Shown here in pieces: positions 1 through 12,470 of a stretch of 64,000 nucleotides of DNA; within the stretch, counting starts at the first letter, position 1, and each line of letters begins with the position of its first letter. Both the position numbers and the translations under genes were made by a program. This stretch comes from Mesotaenium endlicherianum (Eukaryota), in assembly GCA_009602735.1 (NCBI GenBank), contig WELA01000485.1, positions 62,001 to 126,000 on the forward strand. The letters run 5' to 3'. The notes below the pieces were generated by a model. The model had not been told where the DNA came from. It worked only from the letters and a program-made list of their open reading frames with translations, and ran no database searches.

Positions 1-507
1 TTACGAGTAACTACTTGGCCAATTGGTTTAGGTGTGAACGTTTCAAACGACAAGTCGCGGGTTCGAATCCGCGTCGATGCAAAGCGACTTTGCATATTTC
101 GTTTCGTTTGTCTTTACGACGGTTTGTTCGTATCTTGATACGACGGTTTGTTCGTATTAACGACTGGTCGTAAATTCGAAATCTGTGATTGTGCATTGTC
201 GAAATAATGACAATCAAATCAACTTAATCAATCAATGATTTAATAAGTTATCATCTCATAATTAATCAAAGTAACTTTATGAATAATTATGTCGTACTTT
301 TGCGAAGTAGTCGAGTTACGTTACGACGCTTTTTGCAATAGTATCTCGGTCGTTTCGCCAATCGACCAGGAATTAATCGGCACACACGTGTGGCGAATAA
401 TTGAATATGATGCAATCATTTATCAAATAATAAGATAAATAGTATAACGTACTTTAGGTAATTCGGAAAACGTCCCAAATACGCCTAAAATAGCTCGGAT
501 CGTTACA
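1..507 (+). mobile_element. Probable terminal part of an LTR from an element inserted into the E-family pol gene; its start is outside the window
   Basis: AT-rich non-coding tract ending ...CGTTACA at 507. It is followed at once by mid-RNase H codons (W-L-M-K-N-G-D-L-T-G-K-L-A-R-W), i.e. an abrupt interruption of pol. The other end and target-site duplication (TSD) are not visible, so strand is uncertain. Confidence 0.45.
16..75 (+). ncRNA. Degenerate tRNA-like / Pol III type-2 promoter (A box + B box)
   Basis: A-box TGGCCAATTGG at 16-26 and B-box GGTTCGAATCC at 60-70, at tRNA-like spacing. Anticodon and acceptor stems are poorly paired, so it is not a functional tRNA. Confidence 0.5.
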
Positions 508-2240
508 TATGGCTGATGAAGAATGGAGACCTCACTGGTAAGTTGGCTCGTTGGACTCTTAAGCTGCAAGAGTACCAAATGACGGTGGTGCACAGAGCAG
601 GGGTGCTCAACAACGACGCCGATGGACTCAGCAGGAACCCAGACCCATCTTCAGACGACAGAATAGGAGCCCGAGAGGACAAAGACCCGAGCATCCCAGC
701 AGACTTGGTGGCCTGCCTAGCCGAAATGGCTGGAATGGTAGCATCAGGTGAAGCTGAACCTCTACCCCTGTTCAGTTCAGAGATCTGGAAAGATCAAGCT
801 ACTATGCACTGGCTGAAGACGGGAATCCACTTGGAAGGGCTATCAGTGAAGGAGAAGGACCAGGTAAGCCATCGAGCTAAAAAGTTTTGCTGGAAACGCA
901 ACAACCTCTTTAAAATCTAAGAAATTGGCCAGGAGATGTTAGTGCCAAAACCCATCAGAAGAGCTCTTGTGCAGGATATGCACGAGGACACTGGACACTA
1001 TGGTGTCAAGAAGACGTATAGTCTTTTGGAGCTGTCTTACAGGTGGAGGGGCATGAAGCAGCAGTGTGAAGATGTGATCAAGGCCTGCCAAAGCTGTGAT
1101 CGCGTCAAGGCTGGTTTTACACAGCAACATCCACACTTGCAACCTTTGCCGATCATGGGCCTAGGCTACCGCTGGAGCTGCGATCTCGCAGGTGAGCTAC
1201 CGCTGTCGAAGCGAGGTAACAAGTATATCATGGTCATGATTGAGCATTTCTCTAAGTGGATAGAGGTCGTGCCTCTGACTGCTAAGGAGCGTCTAGGGAC
1301 CGCGGAAGCGCTCCTCAATGGTGTGATTGTGCGTCGTGGAGCTCCAGCAAAAGTGCTGACAGACCAAGGGTCTGAGTTCCAAGGATCTTTTTAGAAACTC
1401 TTGGATAGATGCTTCATCGATCATCGCACTACGTCTAGAGATCATCCGCAAGCGGATGGTCTGGTAGAAAGGATGGTGCTAACCATAGAGTTTGCTTTGC
1501 GCAAGTTTTGCCTTGAGCATGACAAGCGTGACTGGGATCTGGCCCTGCCATGGCTGGTTATGGGTTACAGATTTAGCAAGCAGGCTGCCTTGGCGAATTA
1601 CTTGCCATATCAGATACTGTTTGGCAGAAGTCCAGTAGTGCCCAGCAGCATCAAGCAGGAGATTGAACAGGTGAAAGACCTGGACAACCCTGATGAACTG
1701 CTAAAGGTGATGGTACGCCGTAAGGCGTTATTTGAGCGCATGATGCCGGCTGCGCTGGACAATCTGAAAATTGCACAGAAAAGAGATACGCAGCGCTACG
1801 CCAGGACGCGAGACGGGAGCTATCGCCTGCAGTTGACGCAGATTCAAGAAGGAGACTTCGTCTACCGCAAGCGCCAGACCAAGACCACCATCGACACCAG
1901 TTCAGGTGCAGTGATCTTACGCGTGAAACATGCGTTTGACAAAGGTGTGTTAGAACTTGAAGGTTCTGAAGGTAAAACCATGAAAGACCACGTGCAAAAT
2001 TGCTCGCTATGCTATTTGCCAAATATTGATCCTACGATTAGGGTTGTGCCCGAGGAATTGGTGCCAGCCATGCCTTGTGCCAGCTGCAAAGTGGTGGATG
2101 ATCAGGAAGCAATGGTAACTTGCGATAAGTGTGGTGCCCGTTGGCACACTTTCTGCATTGGCGTGGAAGAGATTATGGCAGGACAATGGGAATGCCCTGA
2201 CTGCCTTCCTAAAATCCCTAGCCGCAGGGCAGGAAAATAA
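508..2240 (+). pseudogene. pol: Ty3/Gypsy family E pol 3' part: RNase H end, HHCC/DDE integrase, C-terminal PHD finger
   Basis: ORFs 516-920, 936-1394 and 1401-2240 share one frame, split by two stops. Motifs: LARW..KLQEY..V.HRAG..N.DADGLSR; H-EDTGH...CQSC; WSCDLAG; VLTDQGSEF; HPQADGLVER; C4HC3 PHD at 2076-2204. Confidence 0.92.
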
Positions 2241-2274
2241 TAGCTTTCAGCAGAAAGACAGGAACGCCTTAGCT

Positions 2275-2286
2275 GAAAGGGAGGGG
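2275..2286 (+). promoter_or_regulatory. Polypurine tract (PPT) of family E
   Basis: GAAAGGGAGGGG directly before TGTAAG at 2287. Confidence 0.75.
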
Positions 2287-3471
2287 TGTAAGAGGAATTT
2301 AGGCAAGACAGGTATTTTTAAAATCTTCTGCTAAAGTCCTAAGATAAGCAGACAGTGAGAGCTGGTGAAGGAGAACATTGCTCTAAGTGTTGGTCATGGT
2401 TGCATGGTGCAAGCTCAGGAGCCCAAGGATAAGTTAACCCTGGTAAGGCTTGCCACCGACACACGTGGAAAGGTCGATTGACCATGTTTGCCCACACGTG
2501 AGGAGGGCCAACGACACATCAACCAGGTCAAAGGCACACGTGCTGAAAGGCTACGCACGTGCCGAGGGACCGACACTGTTAGGCACGAAAGCTGTCGCGA
2601 ATACTATCCGTTTGACGGTGCCGCACGCGCAGCGCAAGCTACGGCCACCCCGGTACGGAAAGTCAATGTTGACTCACCGACCACTTGACTGATTACGTAG
2701 CAGTCAGCGGTCATGTCGGCGTCAAGAACACTGGCAAGGGGTCAATGTCAATGTGCCCCACATCCAGGGATGGGGGAGGTTTTGACAACATAGACAGCCG
2801 CGAGGCTAGAAGCTGGGGATGAGTGGTGAGCCGCCCAGCAGGTACCAAGTCAGGTACTGTGTGACTGGCAGATTAAGCCAGGTCAAGGTCGCAATGCCCC
2901 GATAGGTTACGGCCGCCCGGTTGGGAATCTTGAGCAAGTGGCATTTGCCTGTACACGCCGCTTAGGAGTACTTAGCCATGAGCCAATTAGGCGTGACTGC
3001 CAGCTGAGAAGCTAAGCAGCCACGCGCGACAGTCACGAGGTGTGCATGCATACTGAGTGACTACGAGTTTGAGTTGAGCATGGCTAGGCAGAAGCGACAT
3101 GCAGCTAAGCTTTGTAACTAAGCATGGCATTCTTGAAAGACGACGCTATGTGGTGCCTGCAAAAGGCACAAACCTTGCCTGAGACATGTCATTCACTCTC
3201 ACGCACTTTCGCCAAGTAGCAGAAAGACCAGAAGGAAGGAGAAGAAGGGCGCGAAGAAGAAAAAGGAGTTCCCATGGCCATTGGAGAGCCAAGGACCCCC
3301 GCTTTTGCCGACGCTGAAGATTCTTCTCAGTGTATCATAGATAAGTTAGGATTGTAGGAGTTCCCAAGAGGGAATCTCACTGTTGAAAGTAGGAGAACTG
3401 CAGAATAGAATGTGCTAGGAGATATTGGCACACATCGGCCGAACGCCACCAGTGTGTGAAGCAGCCTTAAA
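2287..3471 (+). mobile_element. Family E LTR (about 1.18 kb) between an upstream pol end and a downstream gag
   Basis: Begins TGTAAG after the PPT. Proposed end CTTAAA (mutated CTTACA) is followed by TGGTGAG, a primer-site-like TGG start at 3473. No second copy in the window, so the right boundary is tentative. Confidence 0.55.
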
Positions 3472-3962
3472 ATGGTGAGTTGTGTGTTAGTTTTCAAGTT
3501 CTCAGAAGTCGCATTCGCATCTCAAAGAGAGAGAGTAGTATTGACAGATAAAGCCCTCAGTGAAGAACTGAGTGAGCCTAGCCTGGCAGTGAAGAGCTAT
3601 TAAGGCGCGGTGTTAAGTGAAGAGCTTGACCCAGGCCAACATAGACGTGTAGTTTCAGAGTTTTGTAAACTGTGACTTTGTGAAAAGTTAAGCGAAAGCC
3701 TAAAGGGCGATTTTCTCTGAATCTGACGTTGTATGTCAAGCTGCTCAGAGTGTGATTTTTGCAAACTACAATTCGCTCGCCTGTGAACCCAAGAACCTAA
3801 AGGCATAAAGCCAATGTGAAAGTAAGAGACTTCCGTCCTACTTCGGAGAACTTGGGTTCTGTGGTTCAGGTGAATAGAAATTTCCAAGCAAATTGGGGAT
3901 TGAGGCCTGTGAGGGCTGCCGGTGCTCAACCTGGAAAGGGACCCGGAGAAATTCAACTGTAC

Positions 3963-6053
3963 ATGCGATTGAGGAGTGGAAGACTCTACTACCATGTGGA
4001 GCCTGCGGAAGGTTCTGATTCAAGCTAGAGTCCACGAGGAAGTGAGACATCTGAGCGCACGGATAACCTGTGGAGTGAGCAACCGTCGGGAGACGAGTCT
4101 CGCCATACTGCCACAAACGATAGGAATCCGTATAACGCGCGAGCCTTTATACCCAATTTGGGCAGAGACCACGACGTGTGGGGTAAAGTTAGTGAGTCTT
4201 GGTTGCCATTCAAAATAACTGGTGATGATAAGGATGAAAATCCTAAGTTCTAGCTGTCTACAAAGTGTTTTAGTAGACGAACCGGTGGAAATAATCTCAC
4301 TTTCGAAGAGTTTGATGAGATCTGTTGGGCTGATTTTTCTGAGAAAATCCGAAAGGATTCTTCTTACACTCAGTTAGTCGCTTTTATAAGCTTGGTTCAG
4401 TACTTGGACAAGGATGCCTTGTTGCTTTATCGCCAATTCCGGAAGGATGAGAACTTTATCCGGGAATGGGCGTTTGACGAGCAAAAGAAGGCGAGGGATT
4501 TTAAAATCCAGAAAGAGGCTGCGTAAGCCCGCCGGTCCGCTTTGTCATTAGGAAGAGCAATACCTGCTGCACCTGTTGAGAGCGTAGACTTAGGTGCACT
4601 AACACAAGAATTAACAGATGCCATGAGGCAACTCATCAAGGGTCAGCAGCGAGCGGCTACTCGAGATGATGATGCTGGGTCTGTCGCAGAATTGCGTAAA
4701 GTGTGTGCAGAATTGTCTGAAAAGATTGCTAATGCTCAGGAACGAGTAACGCGCAGGGTTGCACCTTTTACAAGGCAGCATGGTGATTGAACCACCACGG
4801 AAGCAAGCCACGCGCAAGCGTTGGCTAGTTGCCGTAGGGATATGGAGGCTGGGGATGACCAGTTAGACTCTGAGCACTGTCTGCGTCGTTTCTTTAAGTT
4901 GCTTGAAGCAAAATTCCCAGAGGATCGCAGTCTTAAGGTGCACCATTATGTGCATTTTTTCCGTCAGAAGAACGAGACAGTGATGGAGGTCAAATCCAGA
5001 TTGGTAGACCTTGCCAAGAAGGCAGGAATCTATGAGCGTAGGATTGTGGCTGACAAATTCTTATTGTGTCTGGGTAAAGACACAGATCGGGAGGTCAGGC
5101 CGCACCTATCTGCGAAACGCGAAATCGACTGGAACATCGACGAGGCTGCCGAAATAGCATGCAATGTCGAGGAAGGTAAAGTCTGGTACAAGGAGGCTTC
5201 CAGGACGCTTATGGCTTCTGAGAGAAAGGAGGAATCCTTTCAGCCTAAGGCCAATAGCTCTAATTTTCAGTTTAAGAAGAAGAGCGGGTCATTGAATAGG
5301 TTTGCTAAGCACGCCAACACTGCTGAGACAGCAGAAGGCTGTTGGAATTGCGGGAAATCGGGACATCAGAAGAGAGATTGTCCGTACCCGGATACTAAGC
5401 AATTGTCTGCTAGCAAGGCGCAGGTATGCGCACATTGCAGCAAAAAGGGACACTCAGAAGACGAGTTTTGGTCCAAGAACCCAAATCTGAAGCCACCATG
5501 GGCTAATGCTGTCACGAAAGAGGCAGATAAGGGTAAGAAAAAGGAGAAAGATAACTCTGGTAACCAAAAGGGTAACCAGAAGTATGATGCTATGAGCGCA
5601 AAGATTGCAGAGTTGAAAGCTCAATTTGCAGAACTAAATGTGCCTAATGTCTATTATGATGCAGATGTGGCCGAAAAGACCGTCTGCAAAGGCGAGAAGC
5701 TGACGCCTGAGAAGGCCGTGGCTGCAACGGCTGCGGAGCGCGCAGATCATGATCGTCTGGTTCCAAGGAATGCTGGGAAGCTTCCTCAGACCTTTCGGAT
5801 CACTCTCAATGAGAACGAGATTGCGCAGCTACGACAAGCCAAGCCTGCGCCACGCAATACATTTAGTTTCTCGATGGAGAAGCCGAAGGCTCTGGTGGAA
5901 CACCGGATTCAGCACATTCCTTGTCTTTCACTCGTTGATCTGCGTCTTACGTATCCTTTCACGGTTGAAGAAGCCGGACAGCAGCTGGACATAGCAGAGG
6001 AAGGCGCGAACAGCGCTTCGCTGCCTACTAATTTCAGCACTGTGAAAGTGTAG
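3963..6053 (+). pseudogene. gag: Family E gag with two CCHC zinc knuckles
   Basis: One frame from ATG 3963 (MRLRSGRLY) through ORFs 4542 and 4821, with several in-frame stops. CWNCGKSGHQKRDC and a degenerate CAHCSKKGHSEDEF. Confidence 0.85.
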
Positions 6054-6068
6054 AACAAGGATAGAGTT

Positions 6069-6400
6069 TTGACGTTCAACGACTGGGCCGCTCCCAATAT
6101 CCTATTGGACACTGGCCCACAGCCAGTAATCTTGGGAAAGCGAGCTGCGAAAGCTCTAGGATTGACGGCAAGGGACCTGAAAGAAAGTTCTTCTCAGTTG
6201 AGGACTGCATGTGGGCAGATTTCAAAGTCTTGTGGAATCACCCGCAAGCCTGTGAAAATCACAGTAAACTTGGGGAAACCCGAGGAGGCGTCAGTGCTCA
6301 TAGAATGCACGGTGACAGAGGCAGAGAACTATGATGTTCTCTTGGGGACAGAAGCCCTGTTTCCCCTGGGTATGGTCATCGACGTGCGGAAGCAGAGGGT
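6069..6400 (+). pseudogene. Family E aspartic protease
   Basis: ILLDTG catalytic motif and YDVLLG motif, in the same frame as gag. Confidence 0.88.
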
Positions 6401-6749
6401 GACTTACCAGTCGACAGATCGGCAGCCGACAGGAGAAAGTCATGTAAAAATGGTTTGCTCGGGAGAGGCAAACTACGGACTGCTAGACTGTTGTATGAAT
6501 GATCGGTATCCAGGCCATTTTGACCTCATCATGCAACGCGAAGAGGAGGGCTACACCAGCGTCAACATGCCGACTCCCTTGGTTTGGCAACCTCAGATTA
6601 TGGAGCAACTGGAAGCTGTGAGTACCAGGGACTGTGGCCCGCAAGAGCTGCTGCCAGTTCCTTATCCAGTTAAGTCTGCTGCCAATTTGATGCCTGGAGT
6701 AGACCTGCTGCCGCAAAGCATTGTGAGGATGAAAGATCCTTTTTGCAGG

Positions 6750-7185
6750 AGAGGAGTAGTAGTGCTGGAATTGTTCGCCAGACTTGGTTCTGGAACCATC
6801 TCACTGATTCAGCGAGGTATCCAGGTATCCAAAGTGCTGTATGTGGACAATGATGAGACTGCTTTCACAGCATTTAAGGAGGTCATGAGTCAGATGCGGC
6901 AAATGCATCATTTCAAGGCGTTGGTGCCTACTGACTCTAGTTTGGTGCGTTTTGCTGGAGGAAACATTCTCGACGTGAAGTCTGAGGACCTGTATGGTTA
7001 CAGGATTGACTGGATCTTTGCGAGATTCCCTTGTCAACCTTTCTCGCAAGCTGGGATTAGGAGGGGATTCAATGACCCGCGAGCACAACACTGGGTATGG
7101 ATGGTAAAAATCATCATTCTGCTGCGGGAACGCCAGCATCTCTACCCACCAGTGTTTGTGATTGAGAATGTACATCCAGGTGTAC
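6750..7185 (+). pseudogene. C5 cytosine DNA methyltransferase domain (motifs I-VI) within the Gypsy polyprotein, truncated
   Basis: In frame with the protease (ORF 6069-7211). Motif I VLELFARLG at 6762; II VLYVDND; III GNILDV; IV FPCQPFSQAG with catalytic Cys at 7032; VI VIENV with ENV at 7164-7172. Confidence 0.92.
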
Positions 7186-7995
7186 ACTGGAGGTGGTGGC
7201 AGAGGGCCTAGTAAGCCTAAGCCAAAACCTCCCCAGGACTGCAATCCTGAGGGAAACAAAAAGTATTACCTGATCAAGTTTCTCGCTGATGTTGAGCATT
7301 GGCTGGAGAACTACTCGATACTACAGGATTATGAGAAGGTCAGGCATACTGGTGCTCTATTGAAAGGCAGTGCAGCAGACTGGTGGCTGTGTTGGAAAGG
7401 AGAGCGTAAGGCTCACCAACTCGTTGACCCTACTTTGGTGGAGTTTGTCAAGAAGCTGCATCAGAAGTTTGATGTCATCAAACATCAGAAGAAAGCTATT
7501 TATGCAATGATCTCCTCGACACTGAAGCAGACCACTTCAATTGCTGAGTTTGCTCAAAAGTTCCAGGAGAACATGATGAAGCAGCCAAAATTGCCAAAGC
7601 GATATAGGATAGCATACTTCAAGTATGACTTTGAAATCTGAAGTCTCAGGTCATTTTGCTGAAAAGAAGTATGAGAAATTGGTTGACTTGATCCAGGACG
7701 CTGATGCTTGGAATTAGCAGCAGTTGAATCACAAGCACGAGAGTAATACTTTGGTGTCTAAGGTCGTCAAAAAGCCCCTTGATTTCTACAATGCAATTGA
7801 AGGAGACCAGGTTGAGGATGATCAGGATGATGAGTATGAGTATGAGTATAATGCTATACAGTCTACAGGGAGAGGTGGTTACTCTCAAGGTGGCTATGGA
7901 AGAGGTGGTGGTAGGCCTAAGCCGAGACCAGCCTTAGCAAAATCTTTTTGCTACCATTGGTAGCAGTTGGGCCACTACGGAGAGCAGTGTCCTAG
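7180..7995 (+). pseudogene. gag: Element B gag (N-terminus missing)
   Basis: LLKGSAADWW, LKQTTSIAEFAQKF, degenerate knuckle CYHW*QLGHYGEQC; frameshifts. Confidence 0.8.
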
Positions 7996-8279
7996 CAAGC
8001 ACCTTTAAAGGTTGAGAGAAAGGACCAGCCTATAAAGCCAGCAACAATCATTCATCCAGTCTACTGATTGTGAGGATGCTAGAGATAGTGAGTCGTCACT
8101 AGCTGCCCTCGTAAAAGGTATTATGGATCCTGCTGAACTGGATTCACTATACAAGCCTGACAAATAAATAAAGGAGACCATCAGCATTATAGATTCCCAG
8201 AGACTGCACACTTTGGATGATCTTGTTCCACCTCATGTCCAACATTTCTTTGCGAAGTCAGGAGAACAATAAGAAAGTC

Positions 8280-11200
8280 AGGATAAGTCAGCCCCCCCTA
8301 TTCTACTGCATTGTATGATTGCAGGTAGGAAGGTGAGGGCACTTGCTGATGGAGGGGCGTCACATACTTTTATCCATAATGACTCAGTTAAGCAGCTAAG
8401 GCTGCCTACTGTCACCCAAGGGAATAGAAAATTATTCCTTGAAAATGCCTTAAGTATCACGGGAGGAGTTGTAACCAAGCCTATTGAGGTCCAGTTAGGT
8501 TCTGGCATTGCAGATCTAACTGAAACGCTTACATTTGAGGTACTCATCACTAGCTTTTATGATCTTCTGCTAGGCAGGTCCTGGCTTAATAGACATCAAG
8601 CCGAAGTGTGTTGGAGCAGAGGTGCAATTGAAGTGATAGGAGCCAGTGATGGGCAGACTAACTTGGCCCCCACCGGTGCTCTTCCTCTTGTCTTGTATGG
8701 ATGGCAAAAGAAGGTAAAGAAGAGGCTTCCAGGATGATGCAAATTGCTGAATGTACTGGAGTTCATTGAAAGCTGGAACAAGAAGGAAGATAGAATGTTC
8801 CGTTTGCTGCTGAAAGAGACACCTCCTCCACCTGAAAAAGTGGTTGAGAAAAAGGTGAGCCCTCCGGAGCACCCTACTGCTGCAAAAGTTGTTGCTCAGT
8901 ATACTGATATTTCTAGCATGCCACAGGATTACCCCCCTAAGAGAGAAGTGGATCATATGATTAATTTATTATTTGAGAGTCAGCCACCGTGGCAACGCAC
9001 GTATGGCTTCTCTTATGTGGAGAGTGAAGAGTTAAGAACGCAAATTGCAAAGCTGGAGGAAAACGGATATATTTTCCGTAGTAAATCCCCTTATGGCGCA
9101 CCCATCTTATTTGTGAAAAAGAAGGATGGCAATACGCGAAAGTGTGTGGATTACAAAGCTCAAAACAGAGTCACAGCGGAAAACAAGTATGCTCTACCCA
9201 TAATCGAGGACTTGCTTGATATATTGTCTGGAGTTAAGTATTGAGTAAGATAGATCTAAAGAGTGGGTATCATCAAATCAGAATTGCTGAGGAATATGAA
9301 CACACGACTGCTTTTCGCACACGTTATGGACACTATGAGTTCAATGTGATGCCGTTTGGACTTACTCATGCTCCGAGAACCTTCATGGGAGCTATGAATG
9401 ACATTTTCACGCCTTACTTGGATAAGTTTGTACAAATCTTCTTGGATGATATTTTAATACTCTCTAATAATGAAGCTGAGCATGCTTAGCACTTAAAGAC
9501 AGTCCTGGACACTTTAAGATGGAATCAGTTGTATGCTAAAATGAGCAAGTGTGATTCCTTTAAGGAATGTATTGAATTCTTGGGCCACGTTCTCAGTAAA
9601 GCAGGCATTAGTGTGGACCCTAAGAAAGTCCAGACCATAAGGGAGTAGCCAATACCACAGTCATTCTCGGAAGTTAGATCCTTCCTTGGGTTGGCTAACT
9701 ATTACAGGAGGTTCATTGAAAATTATTCTACAAAGGCCAGTAAACTGACTGACTTTACTAAGGACATAGGGTATGTGTGGGGGAAAGAGCAACAAGCTGC
9801 CTTCCAAACCCTTAAAGATGCTCTCTGTTCTGCTCGAGCCTTGGCTGTGTATGACCCTAGCAAACCCATGCAGGTGGTTACTGATGCTTTGGACTTTGCC
9901 ATGGGTGCTATTTTGTTGCAGCCTGCTGTCAAAACCACAAAGGATGGTAAGGTAAAGCAAGAGTGGCACCCGGTGCTGTATGAGTGATGAAATTCAACCC
10001 AGCTGAAATTAACTATTTTGTGCATGATAAAAAGCTGCTTGCTATCATTCATGTGCTCAAACGGTGGAGGGCATACTTACATGATAAAGCTTTTAAGGTG
10101 ATTACAGATCATCTAGCTCGGACTCACTTTCAAAAGAAGTCCAAGTTGTTGAGGAAGGAGAATTGCTGGAGCCAGATGCTGGAGCAGGTTCAAGTCCAAA
10201 TCCTCTACATACCAGGGAAGTTGAATCTTGCTGATGCACTCTCTCGAAGACCTGACTTGCAAGAAAGGAGCTTTAGTCAGCATGTTGTAGATAAAGTCCT
10301 TTGTGCACTCACTTCACTTAAGGTGCAAAAGTCCTTCCTTGAACAACTTAGGAAAGCCAACCTTTCTGACCCAACATTTGAGCCCAGCCCCACGGATGAT
10401 GTGTGTCTTGCTATTGGACTCGGGTATAGGCTTTAAGGGAGGAGTCTGGGTGATTGAAACCACTTCAGGTAGGCTGAAGCTGGTCATTCCGAATAACTTG
10501 GAAATGAGGTCCCTCTTATTGAGTCAAGCACATGACAGTTTACTGGGTGGACATTTGGGGCAGGCCAAAATTGTTGGTAAACTGGCGAAACATTATCATT
10601 GAATTGGGTTGCCTCGGGAGGTCTTGAAATATGTTAAAGCTTGTGATAAGTGTCAGAAAAATAAGGCTAGACACACACCACCCGGGGGGCTATTACAACC
10701 TCTGCCCATCCATAATTATTTTGTGCATGATAAAAAGCTGCTTGCTATCATTCATGTGCTCAAACAGTGGAGGGCATACTTACATGATAAAGCTTTTAAG
10801 GTGATTACAGATCATCTAGCTCGGACTCACTTTCAGAAGAAGTCCAAGCTGTCGAGGAAGGAGAATCGTTGGAGCCAGATGCTGGAGCAGGTTCAAGTCC
10901 AGATTGACTACAAACCAGGGAAGTTGAATCCTGCTGACGCACTCTCTAGAAGACCCGACTTGCAAGAAAGGAACTTTAGTCAGCATGCTGTAGATAAAGT
11001 CCTGCGTGCACTCACTTCACTAAAGGTGAAAAAGTCCTTTCTAGAACAACTTAGGAAAGCCTACCTTTCTGACCCAACATTTGAGCCCAGCCCCACTACT
11101 GGTGTGTGTCGTGCTACTGCACTCGGGTATAAGCTTAAGGGAGGGGTCTGGGTGACTGAAACCACTTCAGGCAGGCTGAAGCTGGTCATTCCTAATAACT

Positions 11201-12470
11201 TGGAAATAAGGTCTTTCTTACTGAGTCAAGCGCATGACAGTCTCCTGGGTGGACATTTGGGGCAGGCCAAAACTGTTGGCAAATTGGCAAAACATTATCA
11301 TTGGGAGGGATTACCCCGGGAGGTCTTGAAATACGTCAAGTCCTGTGACCAGTGTCAGAGAAATAAGCCTCGGCACACACCACCCGGAGGTCTCTTGCAA
11401 CCACTGCCCATCCCAGCTGGACGCTGGGAAACAATATCCATGGACTGGGTGATAAGACTACCATGAACTGCCAATGGGCATGTCTTGACACTGGTAATAG
11501 TGGACAAATTGACAAAAATGGTCATTATCATCCCTACCACTGTCAAAAGTAACTGCACTCAAAATTGCGAGACAGTTCTACAACCATGTAGTATGCCAAC
11601 ATGGGCTACTCTCTAATATTACCTCAGACAGAGACAGAAAATTTACCCCCAAGTTATGGAGGGCTTTAATAGAGTTAATGGGAGTCAAACAGTTGCTCAG
11701 TATAGCAAACCACCCTCAGACGGATGGGCAGACTGAAAGAACTAATTGAGTTTTGCAAGTAGTACTGAGAGCATATATCAACCAAAAACAAGATAATTGG
11801 GATGACCTGTTGTTTCAAATTCAGTTTGCGGTCAACAGTGCGCTGCGCGCGTCAACGGGAAAGACTCATCCTGACAGGATTGACAATCTGATTTCTTTGC
11901 AGTTAACTCAAAAGTTTGCTGACACCCTGTCAGAAGTCCAACATATTTGCACAAAGCCCAGGAAAATCAACAAAACTACCCTAATCAACACCGTCGAAAG
12001 CTGACATTCTCAAAGGGGGATTTGGTCAAACTGCATTCTCAACACCTGTACCTGCCTGGTGTGGTCAAGAAAAAGCTTGGTTCGGTCTGGGTCGGTCCAT
12101 ATTTGGTGGTGCGCCGTGTCGGTCAGAGAGCTTACAAACTGAACATGTCAGCAGAATACAAGGGTCACCCAGTCTTTAATGTCTCCTTCCTGAAACCCTA
12201 CATCAAGGGTGACGCTCTCCTCAAAGGTCGATTACCCGTCCAACTGAGACCGGTCCCAGCTGTCAGAGATGGTGACCCTGAGGAATACGAGGTCGATAAG
12301 ATTTTAGACGCTCGCTCTGTTCGTCGATCATCTAAATATGTCATAAAATATCTTGTCAGATAGAAGTGTTACGATGCCTCGAAAGATACTTGGGAATTTA
12401 AGGACCATTTGACCAATGCCAAAGGGGCGTTGAAACGGTTCTACCTTCGGGCGACTGAGGCACCAATCTG
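8280..12470 (+). pseudogene. pol: Element B pol: protease, RT, RNase H, integrase, chromodomain
   Basis: [61 protein letters not shown]...CDQC; ISMDW; EEYEVDKILD...YLVR. Many stops and frameshifts. Confidence 0.92.
10011..11412 (+). repeat. About 700 bp tandem duplication of the RNase H end / integrase zinc-finger segment
   Basis: NYFVHDKKLLAII...LLQPLPI occurs twice (about 10011-10710 and 10714-11412) with scattered substitutions. Confidence 0.92.

Noticed and set aside
36..52. TTTCAAA loop suggesting a UCA (selenocysteine or suppressor) tRNA
   Set aside because: Only 2 bp of anticodon stem around a 7-nt loop, no long variable arm and no acceptor stem.
6750..7185. Bacterial restriction-modification methylase or contamination
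   Set aside because: It is in frame with a retroviral-type protease and gag, with no bacterial gene context.
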